In this document: one piece after another, positions 25,121 through 36,615 of the stretch
Numbering within the stretch: position 1 is the stretch's first letter
Layout: each line of letters begins with the position of its first letter
Source: Heterodontus francisci
Taxonomy: Eukaryota
Direction of reading: 5' to 3'
Length of the DNA stretch: 64,000 bases
Assembly: GCF_036365525.1 (NCBI RefSeq)
Contig: NC_090392.1
Span: forward strand, 49,403,984 to 49,467,983
Translations under genes and position numbers: made by a program
The notes under the pieces: model-generated
Told to the model about the DNA's origin: nothing
The model's database searches: none
Seen by the model: only the letters and a program-made list of their open reading frames with translations

Positions 25121-25179
25121 ATTTCTTTGTAAAAACTCACCTTGGTGCCATTTCATTACCACCTCCTTTCTTACCTCAG

Positions 25180-25535
25180 TGTCAGCTTGCTCAGTTGCTG
25201 GCACACCGAGTCAGAAGGTTATGGGTTCAGGCCTCACCTCAAGACTTCAGAGAATAATCTAGGCAGACACTCCAGTGCAGTACTGAGGGAGTGCTGTACT
25301 GTTTGTAGTACTGTCTTTGATAAACCAAGGCCCTGTCCGCTTGTTTGGATGGATGTAAAGGATCCCATGGCACTATTCGAAGGGCAGGGAGTTCTCCTGC
25401 TATCCTGGGCACAACAATTTCTCATTCAAAGCCATCAAAAAAGACTAGTTGGCCATTTATCATTTGCTTGCTGTTGGATCTTGCTGTGTGTAAATTGGCT
25501 GCTGAGTTTCCATAACAACTGCATTTCAAAAATAA
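25180..25535 (+). mobile_element. DeuSINE, second adjacent copy with tRNA-like head
   Basis: gagtcagaaggttatgggttcag head, ccagtgcagtactgagggagtgctg, gatcccatggcactatt. Confidence 0.8.
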
Positions 25536-25539
25536 TTCT

Positions 25540-25835
25540 ATTTCCCCTGGTGGGGTAATCTAGAAGAAGGGGGAACAGCCTTACAATTAGAGCAAGGCCA
25601 TTCAGGAGTGAAACCAGGGAGCTCACTTTCACACTAAGCAGGATGGAAAACCGAAACGCTCTCCCCTGGACGCTGAGTGTCAAATGAGAGCAATAGATTT
25701 TGGTTAGGTAAGCGGAGGAGGATATCAAGGGACATGGGCAGGAAAATGGATCTGCGATACATATCAGCCATGATCTAGCTGAAAGTTGGAACAGTCTTGA
25801 GGGGCTGAATGGCCTCCTCCTGCTCCTATGCTCCT
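25540..25835 (+). mobile_element. CR1 LINE 3' fragment
   Basis: FPLVG.SRRRG..L.IR.RPF; 3'UTR atcagccatgatct...ggggctgaatggcctcctcctgctcctatg. Confidence 0.8.
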
Positions 25836-26429
25836 AATCAGAGTTTTGCTATGAAGAGCAACGGAATCTGAGATTGGAATGAACATATCCAACATTATGG
25901 GCTTAATAGTTCAATCTTCTTCTTTGAGATGTTAAACAGAGCAATGTGCCAGATGCTTCCTGTCTATCCCTAGAATTATCGGGCTCTGTTTCTCTTGGAA
26001 GTTTTTTTTAGGTTAAAAGTGTTTTTTTTTCCCCTCCCAGCTCTCTCTTGCTGGGTGAACAGGTTCACAGCAGCTGCAGCAGCCACTCGGTACCTGGCAC
26101 AAGTGGCCATTCTACATGAGGCCCCAGGTCTTGAGTGTGGGCGAGCACTTTAACTATAAGGGGCATCACAGTCTAGCCCAACCTGCTTGACACATGATGC
26201 TCCCTTGTTCTCATTTTCCAGCAGAGGTCACTGGATCCCAAACTTTCGCAAGAACCCTGGCTGCTCCCCGCCTTTCACCCCACCCCTACCCAAACACCCC
26301 AAGGCACTGAGGTCAAATTGTAATGGCCTAACTACTGCCTGGGCTGAATCAGCTCACTCAGCATAGCATGGGGGATCAAACCTGGTTCTTTATGGATGTT
26401 ACCAAGGGAGCCATAGACTTGACAACTTA

Positions 26430-26800
26430 GGGCCTTTTGTTCATGAGAGTCGAGCAGATTAAGGTCTCAAAGGTAATAGATTGTTACAAGATAAGTGGCA
26501 ACTGCTTGTTTTTGCTGGTCAACAAGACCATGACAACCAGCCATGAACTTAAGGTAAAAGTCATAAGAAAGGTTAAAGGGGAGGTTAGAAAAATTTCCTT
26601 TACATGGAGGGTGATTAAAATTTGCCACAAACCCTTTTGAAGCACAGTGCATAAATACTTTTAAAAGGGAGTTAGCTGGATGCTTTAAAAGGAGGAATAT
26701 TAAGGAAAATGGGGAGTGAGCAGGAGAGTGAGATTAGACTGGAAGACTTCTATGGAGCGCAGACTAAATGGGCCAAATGGCCTCTTTCTGTGTCGGAACA
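26430..26800 (+). mobile_element. Old CR1 LINE 3' fragment
   Basis: Decayed TSHELKV...EVRKISFTWRVI; tail gggccaaatggcctctttctgtg. Confidence 0.55.
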
Positions 26801-27114
26801 TTCCACGTCCGGCTTTGAATTCTGTTGTACATCATGTGGGAGGATGGTCACTCTTTGTGATAAAATCGCACAGTGTTCTTTCCGCTCCTGTTTACAATTG
26901 TGCCCCAAAGACAGCACACAGAGGAAAGCCTCCCCTTAAAATCCAGGAAGAGTGATGAACAGACAATCTGATAGGTAAATGGATTACACAATGGATTAGA
27001 CGGTTTTACTGAAAAGGCCAAATCTATGCGCGGTTGAGAAATTAGCCTAATGACGGCCCTTGCTGGCCGTTGTGGCCAAGCATGTACAAGTTAGTAAATA
27101 CTTAGTCATTAACT

Positions 27115-27375
27115 AAACAACAACAACTTGGAGTAAAATGTTCCAAGGCATTTCACAGGAGTATATTTGGACAAAATTTGACACTGAGCCACATAAAGAG
27201 ATATGAGGACAGGTGACCAAAATCTTGGTCAAAGAGGTAGGTTTTAATGAGTGCCTTAAATGAGGAAACAGAGGCAGAGAGGTGGACAGGTTTAGAAATG
27301 GAATCTGAGAACTAAGGACCTAGGTAGCTGAAGGCATGGCCACCAATGGTGGAGAAATTAAAACCAGAAATGGAA
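27115..27375 (-). mobile_element. L2 LINE 3' fragment
   Basis: caacaacaacttg tail; aaaatttgacactgagccacata...ggtgaccaaaatcttggtcaaagaggtagg. Confidence 0.75.
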
Positions 27376-28019
27376 AGCTGGGTGTGAAAGTGCAGAGCGC
27401 TGAAGTGGGGAGATGAACAGCAAAGGCCCCATCACTTACTAACGATTATCAAGAGGTGGAAGAGGTTCCTCCACATCCTGCAGCTCCTGCTGCTGTGAGA
27501 TCTGACAGAATAGAGCCATTATCTGAGACCCTCAGCGGGCTTCCTCCATGGTTACTATCGGACCGTGCTGACAAATGAGAAAGATTGTGTGACCTGCCTG
27601 TCGGAAAAGAAAGGGTAACTGGTGGTGCCTCTGACTGGGGAGTTTATATTTGCTGCCAGTGCGGGCACCTCCAGAGTCTCCAACTCTTTAGCTGCGTCCT
27701 AATCTTGTCTTACCTGCACTAAAGTCCCACTCACACATCAGTGAGGAACTGGGGACACTGCAATCAGCATCAGATAATGAGCTGCTCCCAGAGAGTTGAT
27801 TAGAGCCCAGCACAGTTAGTCCCTCCAGGACTGACCTGTGAGTGAAGCACCACCAGTTGAATGGCCCACAAGGCTGAAACCTGCAGGCCTCAGGAAGGAC
27901 AAGAACCTTGGGGCCATCACTCTTTCCAGTATTGAAGTCCACCGTCCCAGGAAGTGTATGCCACCCATTTTAGAGGCTGGAAAATGAGCAGATGCTTGTC
28001 TTGTGAAATTACAGAGGAG

Positions 28020-28298
28020 AGGTTGATCTCTTCAAGTGGGTGTGAAAGATCCCATGGCACTACTCACAGAACAGCAGGGGAGTTCTCCCCAGTGACCTGG
28101 CCAATGTTCATTCCTAAATCAGCACCACCAAAACCATTTGTCTTATTGCAGTTTGTGGAACTTTACTTTGTATGATTTAATTGCAGTGCTTGCATACATT
28201 ACAACAGTCACTGCATGCCAACAGAATTCATTGGCTGTGAAGGACCTTGGGAAATCCTGAGGATGTGAAAGATGCTATATAAATTCAAGCTCTTTCTT
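28020..28298 (+). mobile_element. DeuSINE 3' half
   Basis: aagatcccatggcactac...ggggagttctcccc...cattggctgtgaag...gctatataaattcaagctctttc. Confidence 0.75.
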
Positions 28299-28662
28299 TC
28301 TATCACACAGGAAAGAGAAGGAGGATCTCACACACCCCAGACAAATGGAGGAAATTCCTTTCAGGTGAGATAATCATCTCTTTTTAATGTTTTAATCAAA
28401 ACAGCATTCAGATTGGTGAAGGGAGAGCTGCTGATACAGAATCTGAGGACTTGGTAACATCTCACCAGCAACACCATTCACTGTCCGGTAACATGGACAT
28501 ATGATGCTCACTGTATTACTGCATGTGGGAAACAAAGAGCTTTATTATGAATTGTTACAGAGCAAGGGTTTCACTGGATTCTTCATTAACAAAGCATCTG
28601 TTAATGATATTAAAGCAGCTGCCTCACACCATCACTCAGTAATTGTTCCCTCCAGTAACCTG

Positions 28663-28870
28663 TGTTAATACTCCAGAAAACCAGTTGGAAAAGGATATAA
28701 CTGGAGCCAATCTTTACACACTTTTATAAGCATGCATTTACAGAGTTACATATTACAAGTATGCACCTCCTAGCTCAACAATCACTGTTTCAATCTGTGT
28801 CTATTTATAGGGGCACAAGTGAATCCCCAGTTAATACCCACAACCTGCATACAAACATACATAATTAAGG
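28663..28870 (-). repeat. 3' LTR of the Copia element
   Basis: Direct repeat of 35715-35922 (tgttaatact...ggagccaatctttacacacttttat...tgaatccccagttaat); adjacent polypurine tract on minus strand at ~28872-28890. Confidence 0.85.
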
Positions 28871-29074
28871 GATTCCTTTCTCTCTCTTTAAAAAAAGTTT
28901 ATATGTACAACTAAAATTTCAAACTAAATTAAAGCAAAGCCTCCATATACTGTACAAAGCATTACATTGTGAAATGCCCTCCTCCAGGACTCTGAATAAT
29001 TTCTTCAATTATGCATTTCCTTTGGAAAACAGACTGTTGATGAATTACATCCACCCATTTAATTTTCGAGATTT

Positions 29075-29228
29075 TGTAGAACGGTTACAGCACAGAAGGA
29101 GGCCATTTGGCCAGGCATGTCTATGCTGGCTCTCTGGAAAAGCAACTCACTTAGTCCCACTGCCCTGCCTTTTCAGTGTAGCCCTGCACATTTTTTCACT
29201 TCAGATAATTCTCTTTTGAAAGCTTCCA
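29075..29228 (-). mobile_element. Short CR1-type 3' fragment nested in the Copia RNase H
   Basis: gttacagcacagaaggaggccatttggcc tail; splits the LERK|ISKIKWV peptide. Confidence 0.65.
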
Positions 29229-29345
29229 CCTTTCTCTCCAACATTTGTTTCAAGCCAGTAAGGTCAATCCGTAACCTTTTCTTATTCACGCTTTTCGCAG
29301 AGTGTACATTCTCCCACTGTGGATGATTATCTACATAACATTCAA

Positions 29346-29693
29346 CTTTTTCCCAGGGTGGAAGAGTCAGTTACCTTTTTCCCAGGGTGCAAGAGTCAGT
29401 TACTAGGGGACATAGGTTTAAGGTGCGAGGGGCAATGTTTAGAGGGGATGTGCGAGGCACGTTTTTTTACACAGAGGGTGGTGAGTGCCTGGAACTTGCT
29501 GCCAGGGGAGGTGGTGGAAGCAGATACGATAGCGACGTTTAAGAGACATCTTGACAAATATATGAATAGGAAGGGAATAGAGGGATATGGGCCCCGGAAG
29601 TGCAGAAGGTGTTAGTTTCGGCAGGCATCAAGATCGGCGCAGGCTTGGAGGGCCGAATGGCCTGTTCCTGTGCTGTACTGTTCTTTGTTCTTT
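29346..29693 (+). mobile_element. Young CR1 3' fragment nested in the Copia RNase H
   Basis: RFFTQRVVSAWNLLPGEVVEADTIATFKRHLDKYM; 3'UTR ggccgaatggcctgttcctgtgctgtac; (GTTCTTT)n tail. Confidence 0.92.
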
Positions 29694-30167
29694 TTGGATA
29701 TATTATATTCAGTATGCCCATTGTACAGAATCTCACTTAAAATAGAATCCCATATCCACTGCCTCCAGAAGAGCCAGTGTTTTGGCAGCCAGAGTACTTT
29801 TAACAACCCTTTTTATTTTCTTAGCTTCCCAAGCCAAAGGACAACATTTTCCATTCTCACTGTCAAGAAATATTATGAAACCAGCTGCACTAGAATACCC
29901 ATCAGGAAGATTAACATGTGAAGCATCACTAAAAATGACTAGCTTCATGTTGTTTGGATCACCTAAGGATGGGAATCTAAACATGAATTTCTCCAGCTAT
30001 AATTTTTTAAATGTTTTACCCTTAAAATATTCTCGACTTTAAGGTGTTTCATCGTAGTACCTAATTGCAACACATCAAAACTAGCATCTGATCTAGTCTG
30101 AGTGCCTAACTGGTTCAACTGACCAACCAAGTTTCGCAATTACTCTGTCTCTTCTTTAGATATAACC

Positions 30168-31292
30168 TCATAGTCATAGTCATAAAGATACAGCACTGAA
30201 ACAGGCCCTTCGGCCCACTGAGTCTGTGCCAACCAACAACCACCCATTTATACTCCTCTTCTTTGGCCTCCTTATCTCGAGAGACAATGGGTAAGTGCCT
30301 GGAGGTGGTCAGTGGTTTGTGAAGCAGCGCCTGGAGTGGCTATAAAGGCCAATTCTAGAGTGACAGGCTCTTCCACAGGTGCTGCAGAAAAATTTGTTTG
30401 TCGGGGCTGTTACACAGTTGGCTCTCCCCTTGCGCCTCTGTCTTTTTTCCTGCCAACTACTAAGTCTCTTCGACTCGCCACACTTTAGCCCCGCCTTTAT
30501 GGCTGCCCGCCAGCTCTGGCGAACGCTGGCAACTGACTCCCACGACTTGTGATCAATGTCACAGGATTCATGTCGCGTTTGCAGACGTCTTTAAAGTGGA
30601 GACATGGACAGCTCGTTGGTCTGATACCAGTGGCGAGCTCGCTGTACAATATGTCTTTGGGGATCCTGCCATCTTCCATGCGGCTCACATGGCCAAGCCA
30701 CCTCAAGCGCCGCTGACTCAGTAGTGTGTATAAGCTGGGGATGTTGGCCGCCTCGAGGACTTCTGTGTTGGAGATATGGTCCTGCCACCTGATGCCAAGT
30801 ATTCTCCGGAGGCAGCGAAGATGGAATGAATTGAGACGTCGCTCTTGGCTGACATACGTTGTCCAGGCCTCGCTGCCATAGAGCAAGGTACTGAGGACAC
30901 AGGCCTGATACACTCGGACTTTTGTGTTCCGTGTCAGTGCACCATTTTCCCACACCCTCTTGGCCAGTCTGGACATAGCAGTGGAAGCCTTTCCCATGCG
31001 CTTGTTGATTTCTGCATCGAGAGACAGGTTTAGACTAACTTATACTATTTATACTAACCCTACAGTAATCCCATATTCCCTACCACCTACCTATACTAGG
31101 GGCAATTTATAATGGCCAATTTACATAACAACCTGCAAGTCTTTGGCTGTGGGAGGAAACCGGAGCACCCGGCGAAAACCCATGCTGTCACAGGGAGAAC
31201 TTGCAAACTCCACACAGGCAGTACCCAGAATCGAACCCGGGTCGCTGGAGCTGTGAGGCTGCAGTGCTAACTACTGCGCCACTGTGCCGCCC
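30168..31292 (-). mobile_element. HE1-like SINE split by an RTE insertion, nested in the Copia RT
   Basis: 3' part 30168-30254 and 5' part 31047-31292 rejoin at atttatact. Confidence 0.9.
30255..31030 (-). mobile_element. RTE-clade LINE, 5'-truncated 3' portion
   Basis: ORF 30497..30997: TKVRVYQACVLSTLLYGSEAW...RCLRRILGIRWQD...RRLRWLGHVSRMEDGRIPK; 9-bp TSD ATTTATACT at 30246-30254 and 31047-31055. Confidence 0.93.
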
Positions 31293-31832
31293 CTTTCATC
31301 TTTCGGTGACCTAGTACAATTAACCGGGATGGGAGTAACACTCTCTAAATAGGATTGTTGACTAATGTCATCCTGCAGAAACGCTGATTTTTATGTCGAT
31401 TGATCTACACTGCTGTGAATATGCGGTCACAACAGATAAAAAGATTTTCAAGATTACTTTTCCAGCTGTAGGAGAATCCACTCCAACATCTGTATCACCC
31501 ACTCACTCTTTAAAACCCCTAGCAACTAGCTTCACTTTAGTCTTGTAAGTCCCATCTGCAAGGACTTTTTCAGTACAAATCCACCGATGTGACAAAACTA
31601 ATCGCCCCTTATCTGATATCAGAATAAACTCCAAATTCTCTCCAACTATCTAGTTCCCTTTGTTTTGCCTCTCTTATTAGTTTATCCTCAAGTTTATTGG
31701 CAATCATCAAAACTTCACAATCATGAGGACTCTGCTTCTAGTTCTGTGGCCTTTGTTTTTATAATCTATTCAATCTACAGCTTCCACTTTTATGTCTGTC
31801 ACACCTACTGCTGCACAATTGCCCCTCTAGTA

Positions 31833-32568
31833 CAGGGTTTATTTTATTTTTATTTCGAGAAGCAGCACTGAAACAGGCCCTTTGGCCCACCAAGTCTGTG
31901 CCAACCATCAGCCACCCATTTATACTAATCCTCCATTAATCCCATATTCCTACCACATCCCCACAATTCCCCTACCAATACTAGGGGTAATTTATAATGG
32001 CTAATTTACCTATCAACCTACAACTCTTTAGCTGTGGGAGGAAACCAGAGCGCCCAGCAGAAACTCACACAGTCACAGGGGGAAGTTGCAAACTCCGCAC
32101 AGGCAGTACTTAGAATCGAACCCGGGTTGCTGGAGCTATAAGGCTGTGGTGCTAACCACTGCACCACTGTGCTGCCCAACCTTTTTGTGCGGGGGGCCAC
32201 ATTACAACTTTTGCCTTACATAGGGGCCAGTGAGACAATTTCAGAAAGATAAAGGCATTAAAAAGTTATCTTGCTATTAATCATAACCACAACAAGCATG
32301 TATTTTTGTGAAGAAGCTTTAAATAAGAAGATTAATTTATTGCCTTACTTTCTCATCACTATGTTAGACATTGATTTAGAGAGATACCTGGCATTTTTTT
32401 GCTTGCACAGGTAGTCAAATCTCTGTCTGCAGCAATGATTGACTTGGATGTTTTGCATTCGGCATGCAAGGTTCAAAACTTACAATGTTACCAGGAGAGA
32501 GAGAGCCAACTGGGGTCCTGCACTGGTTAGTTCGGATGCTTGTCTGATGTGTCCAAAAGAAACTCCAA
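31833..32568. mobile_element. hAT (Charlie-like) non-autonomous fragment whose left TIR is split by an HE1 SINE
   Basis: CAGGGTTT|HE1|CCCAACCTTTTT...GGGGGCCACAT reconstitutes a typical hAT terminus. Confidence 0.5.
31838..32177 (-). mobile_element. HE1-like V-SINE
   Basis: Full-length copy, more diverged than 8015-8355 and 40321-40655. Confidence 0.9.
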
Positions 32569-33165
32569 GGACGGAATTTTATGCCCCCACAAAGACCGGG
32601 AAGGTGGCCACTTAAGGGCCTCTGCCCACCACCAGAGGGATTTTACTCATGGCAAGTGGGGTGTACAGGCCTGAGAAAAGCTGCTTGAGAAAAGCAGGCA
32701 GCTCTCTGACGACCTGGAGGGGGGCCCTCATGATCGGGCACCCTGTGCCCGATGCAGGGCCGTCCCCGCTACCCCAACCATCCCTAACACACAACACTCC
32801 CCCCGTTCCTCCAATCAACCATCCTTGGCTCGCTGGGACCCGACCGATCACCCCCAGTCAGGCAACAAAAATATGCCTTGGTTCCGGAGCTCCCCGACAT
32901 CGTCTTCTTGAAGTTGGGCTGCAGTCCCAGCAGCAGCCACTGCTCCTGGTGGCGCTGCTGGGACCAGGAACTGCCATCCCACTGATTGGCCGGCAGCTCC
33001 ATTTGGCGGGACTTCCTGCCTCAAGTGGGCGGAAGTCCCGCCTCTGAACAGTTAAAGGCCGGGGAACTGCAAAATACGGGTTGGTTCCCCAGGCCAATTG
33101 GAAGCAGGTTCGCCATTGACTTTTCAGTCGGTGGACAGCTCCCGTCTGCCGAGGGAAAAGGTCCA
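32569..33165. mobile_element. MITE-like element (probable Harbinger-derived family)
   Basis: Starts ggacggaattttatgccccc; internal block homologous to 51078-51245 and 59715-59885. Confidence 0.6.
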
Positions 33166-35714
33166 TTCAAAGTTTTCAAACAGATGAGGAGAATGTGACA
33201 TGATTATACCAGTGTAGTCTCTTTTGCACTTTCATGAGCTCCAAGTCTAATAATTCAAAATCTCTCTCAGATCTTATTGTTTCAATGATTACCTCTTGAG
33301 GTTCATCTCCACTAGTGTTAATGTTCCAAGATGGCTTTGAATGTCTTGCTAAAGAAGACAATACCAGATAGCTCATTCAACTGCTCAACCTTGTTCTGGA
33401 TGAAGGCTATTCAGACATGGGTCTCCACCTTGATACCTTGGAATTTGAGGTATTTCAATGTAAATTGCAGTGGCCATCTTAGTTGTTTCCTTTTAAAAGT
33501 TGAATTTAGGTTTCCAACTGATGAATTAAAAATCATCATTCAGCATAGCATGTTTTCATGACAGGAACTTCATCACAAAACACATGAGCATTTGAGGTAC
33601 AAGGTGCCTCGTTTACTTCTATCAGCTGCTCAGAGTCCAAGATTTTGTAACTAATTTTGATTAATCATGAAGAAAGAACCTTATCAAGCATGGCAATCAA
33701 GCCGCTAAGTACTGTCTTACCATCACGACCTATTACCTAACCAAGGCCTTTCTATTCCCTATAAACCTCTTTTATAATACACCAAATCTCCTGAATTAAA
33801 TTCTGTCGCAGATGGCCTTATATGATGCCTCAGTGCTCTCCAAACTTTCTCCGAGACGTCAGCCTCAATGAAAAATCGTCTCCTGACATGTAGACTATTC
33901 AAATGTGCAGAAAAAATGGAACTAATTGTTGTACCTAATAGAGCAAGAGGAGTATCACACAACACATATGACAATTTGGGATTTCGCCCATAGACTAAAT
34001 CCTCCAACAATTTGGAGTCAATTCTTTGCACGAACCGCCCATGCCAGCGTGGTTGTCAACTTGCAGTCTGGTTGATCAGATAAGATTTTGTGCAACATTT
34101 CATTGATCACAGTGTGATTCCTTTTGCAGAGTCCATTGCTAAAAGGACTGTCAGCTATACTTCAGTATTCATGACCATGATGTTCATGTTTTCACACATG
34201 TTTTTGAACCTGTCATTGACAATTTCCCTTCCATTATCAGTCAGAAGTTTTGCCGGGGCCGCAAGTTCTGTCCCTATCCATTTCTCCATGATTGTGTCTA
34301 TAATCACCCTTTTGTCCTTATTAAGTATTATTGTAGAAAGACAAAATCCGGACACCAGGTCTCCAAAATATAAAATGAAAACATTTCTGTCTTTATCCCA
34401 TGGCTTTAGATCCATGGCAACTACCTCATTAAAGTCACATGCTAATGGAAGGTTTACAATAGAATGTGGCAGCTTCCTCTGTTTTGTTTTTACAGATTTT
34501 ACACTTCTCACTAATTTCTTCTATTAGCCTCATATACTGTTCATTAATTACACCTGCATCTTTTAGAAGGAGTTGACAAGTAGGATAAGCAAACTGTCTA
34601 TGTAATTTTAAGACAATTTGTTTTTTTTGTCTCTGATTCTTATCACTTGAAGCCATTAATACTTGTCTAACACTGATGAGAAACATCATGTTTGTTAAAG
34701 GGATACAATAATGTCCTGACTATGTAAATTGCAGATCCACTGATGTTCCAGAAATAATTGCCTTATCATGCTCTATGTCAGGTTTCATTTGTGCCTTTTT
34801 CATAGAAGGTTTACTCAACAGCATAGCTATCTCACTAGAGGCAACATCAGTACTTATAAAATCGCTTACCCCAGCTATTTTGCATGTAATTACTATTCTC
34901 TTTCGTGACCTCAATGTGTCATCACCAAACCTAAAGCAAGTAATACTTTTATATTCTTCAACCTTTCATCGATTGTCACCACTTAGTGAATCAAATAACA
35001 TTGTAGCCAATCTGTTCCACATATTGTTGAAGTGCAAGTATTATCTAGTACTGTACAGTTAAAGGAGTCCATGACCAACACATTCATCACAGAACTAAAA
35101 CTCCTTGCGACCGGTATAATTTGTTTAGATTTATAATTTGTTTATTCTCTTCATGTGTCATCTTGAGGACCTTCCTCTCTGCTTTGAGCAGTTTACTCCA
35201 TAATGATATTTTGAGACACACCTGAAGCACCGACTAGTTCCTTGGATATTCCTGGGATTCATTTGCCTATTATTGCTGTTCCAATTCTGTCTTCTGCTGA
35301 AATAGCCACATCTGCTAATGGTGCTTTCATCCTCATTCTGCCTGTCTTTAACCCTTCCATTGTATTTATACCTGCATCCAGTGTCTAACCCATTTTGAAA
35401 TCAGGCAATCATTGAGTCCTGTATTCTTTGTGTTGCTGTGAAATGTCCCATTTGTTACATGAAGACTGAGGGAAATGATTGTTTCCCCAGAATTTTTTTT
35501 TAAGGCAGCAGACATCTGATCCAACAGGATCTCCCTCTCTGAGAACTGGACACCAGTTAGAACCAATAGCCTGTCCATATCAGACACCTTGGCACATCCA
35601 GCAATTTAAAGACTAGTACTGATCCAGGAATCCCCAAATTGAATTTCTTCAATCTTTTATCCAATCTGTTAAAGTCAATGATATATTCTTCCATGGAATG
35701 ACCATCTGCTTCCA

Positions 35715-35922
35715 TGTTAATACTCTAACAAGCCAGTTGGTGAAGGATAGAACCGGAGCCAATCTTTACACACTTTTATGTTTATTTACAGAGTTACACA
35801 TTACAAGCATACATCTCGTAACCTAAAAACCACAGTTTTAGTCTGTGTCTATTTATTGGGACACAAATGAATCCCCAGTTAATGCCCACCACCTACATAC
35901 AATTAAACACAATTAATAAACA
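35715..35922 (-). repeat. 5' LTR of the Copia element
   Basis: TG...CA termini; followed on the minus strand by PBS-like TGGAAGCAGATGGT (35701-35714). Confidence 0.85.
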
Positions 35923-35924
35923 AT

Positions 35925-36615
35925 CAGCACCCTGTGTTACTGACTGTCTCTCTACTGATGTTAGTCCAGCTCCCTCACACTATCATCCTCTCAGCGCCCT
36001 GTGTTACTGACTGTATCTTTACTAATGTTAATGTAGCACCCTCACAGTGTTACTCTGTAACCTTTTCCCCAACACCCTGTTACTCACTGCATCTGTCCTG
36101 ATGTTAATCCAGCTCACTCACACTGTGACTCCCTTCCCTGCACACTGTGTTTGTGACTATATCTATACTGATGTTAATCCAGCTTGCTCACTCAGTCACT
36201 CCGCACAGCGCCCTGTGTTACTGAATATATCATCACTGATGTTACTTTAGCACCCTTGCACCCTTATAGTGTCACTCTGTAACCCTTTCCCAGCACTCTG
36301 TTATTGACTGTATCTCCACTGATGTTAATTCAGTTCCCCGATGTTGTATGTTTGGTTTGTCTGCTGCCACCTTTAATAGACTTAGTCTAGTTTAGAGAGA
36401 TTCCTGAGTCTTCAGTACTTTGAACATTAACTCTTTATTACATTATGGCTATGCACAGCTTCGGCCAGTCTGTGTGACTCCTCAAAGCTACTCTGCATCT
36501 CCCTCCAAGTCTCTCACATGTGATCTCTTACATCATCATGGTGGGAGGTATTCTTTACGCTTTCTCAACATTAATCCTTTCAGACCCTTATACTACACCT
36601 CACACTGTCACTCAG
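35925..36615. repeat. Degenerate ~60-75-bp tandem repeat (CAGCACCCTGTGTTACTGACTGTATCTCTACTGATGTTAATCCAGCTCCCTCACAC), interrupted by a solo LTR
   Basis: About 6 recognisable units; a related unit also lies left of the Copia element (~28595-28662). Confidence 0.8.
36342..36597 (-). mobile_element. Solo LTR, 256 bp
   Basis: Inverted termini TGTTGTAT...ATACTACA; minus-strand AATAAA; interrupts the tandem repeat; TSD degraded (cccga/cctca). Confidence 0.65.

Larger units (their letters stand above)
28663..35922 (-). mobile_element. Decayed Ty1/Copia LTR retrotransposon, GalEa-like clade, with nested insertions
   Basis: Paired ~207-bp LTRs (28663-~28870, 35715-35922); PBS-like TGGAAGCAGATGGT; PPT; minus-strand order gag (SMEEYIIDF), protease (VLDNTCTSTICG), integrase (LHRQFAY..C..C; VAMDL; LTDNG), RT (KLVARGFKE; DIK-SAFLQ; GQLN), RNase H (SDASH; CPLAW.AKKIKRVVKSTLAA; KRLRID). 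Confidence 0.9.

Noticed and set aside
27555-27575. REST/RE1-like half site (GTGCTGA)
   Set aside because: The second half does not match GGACAG at canonical spacing
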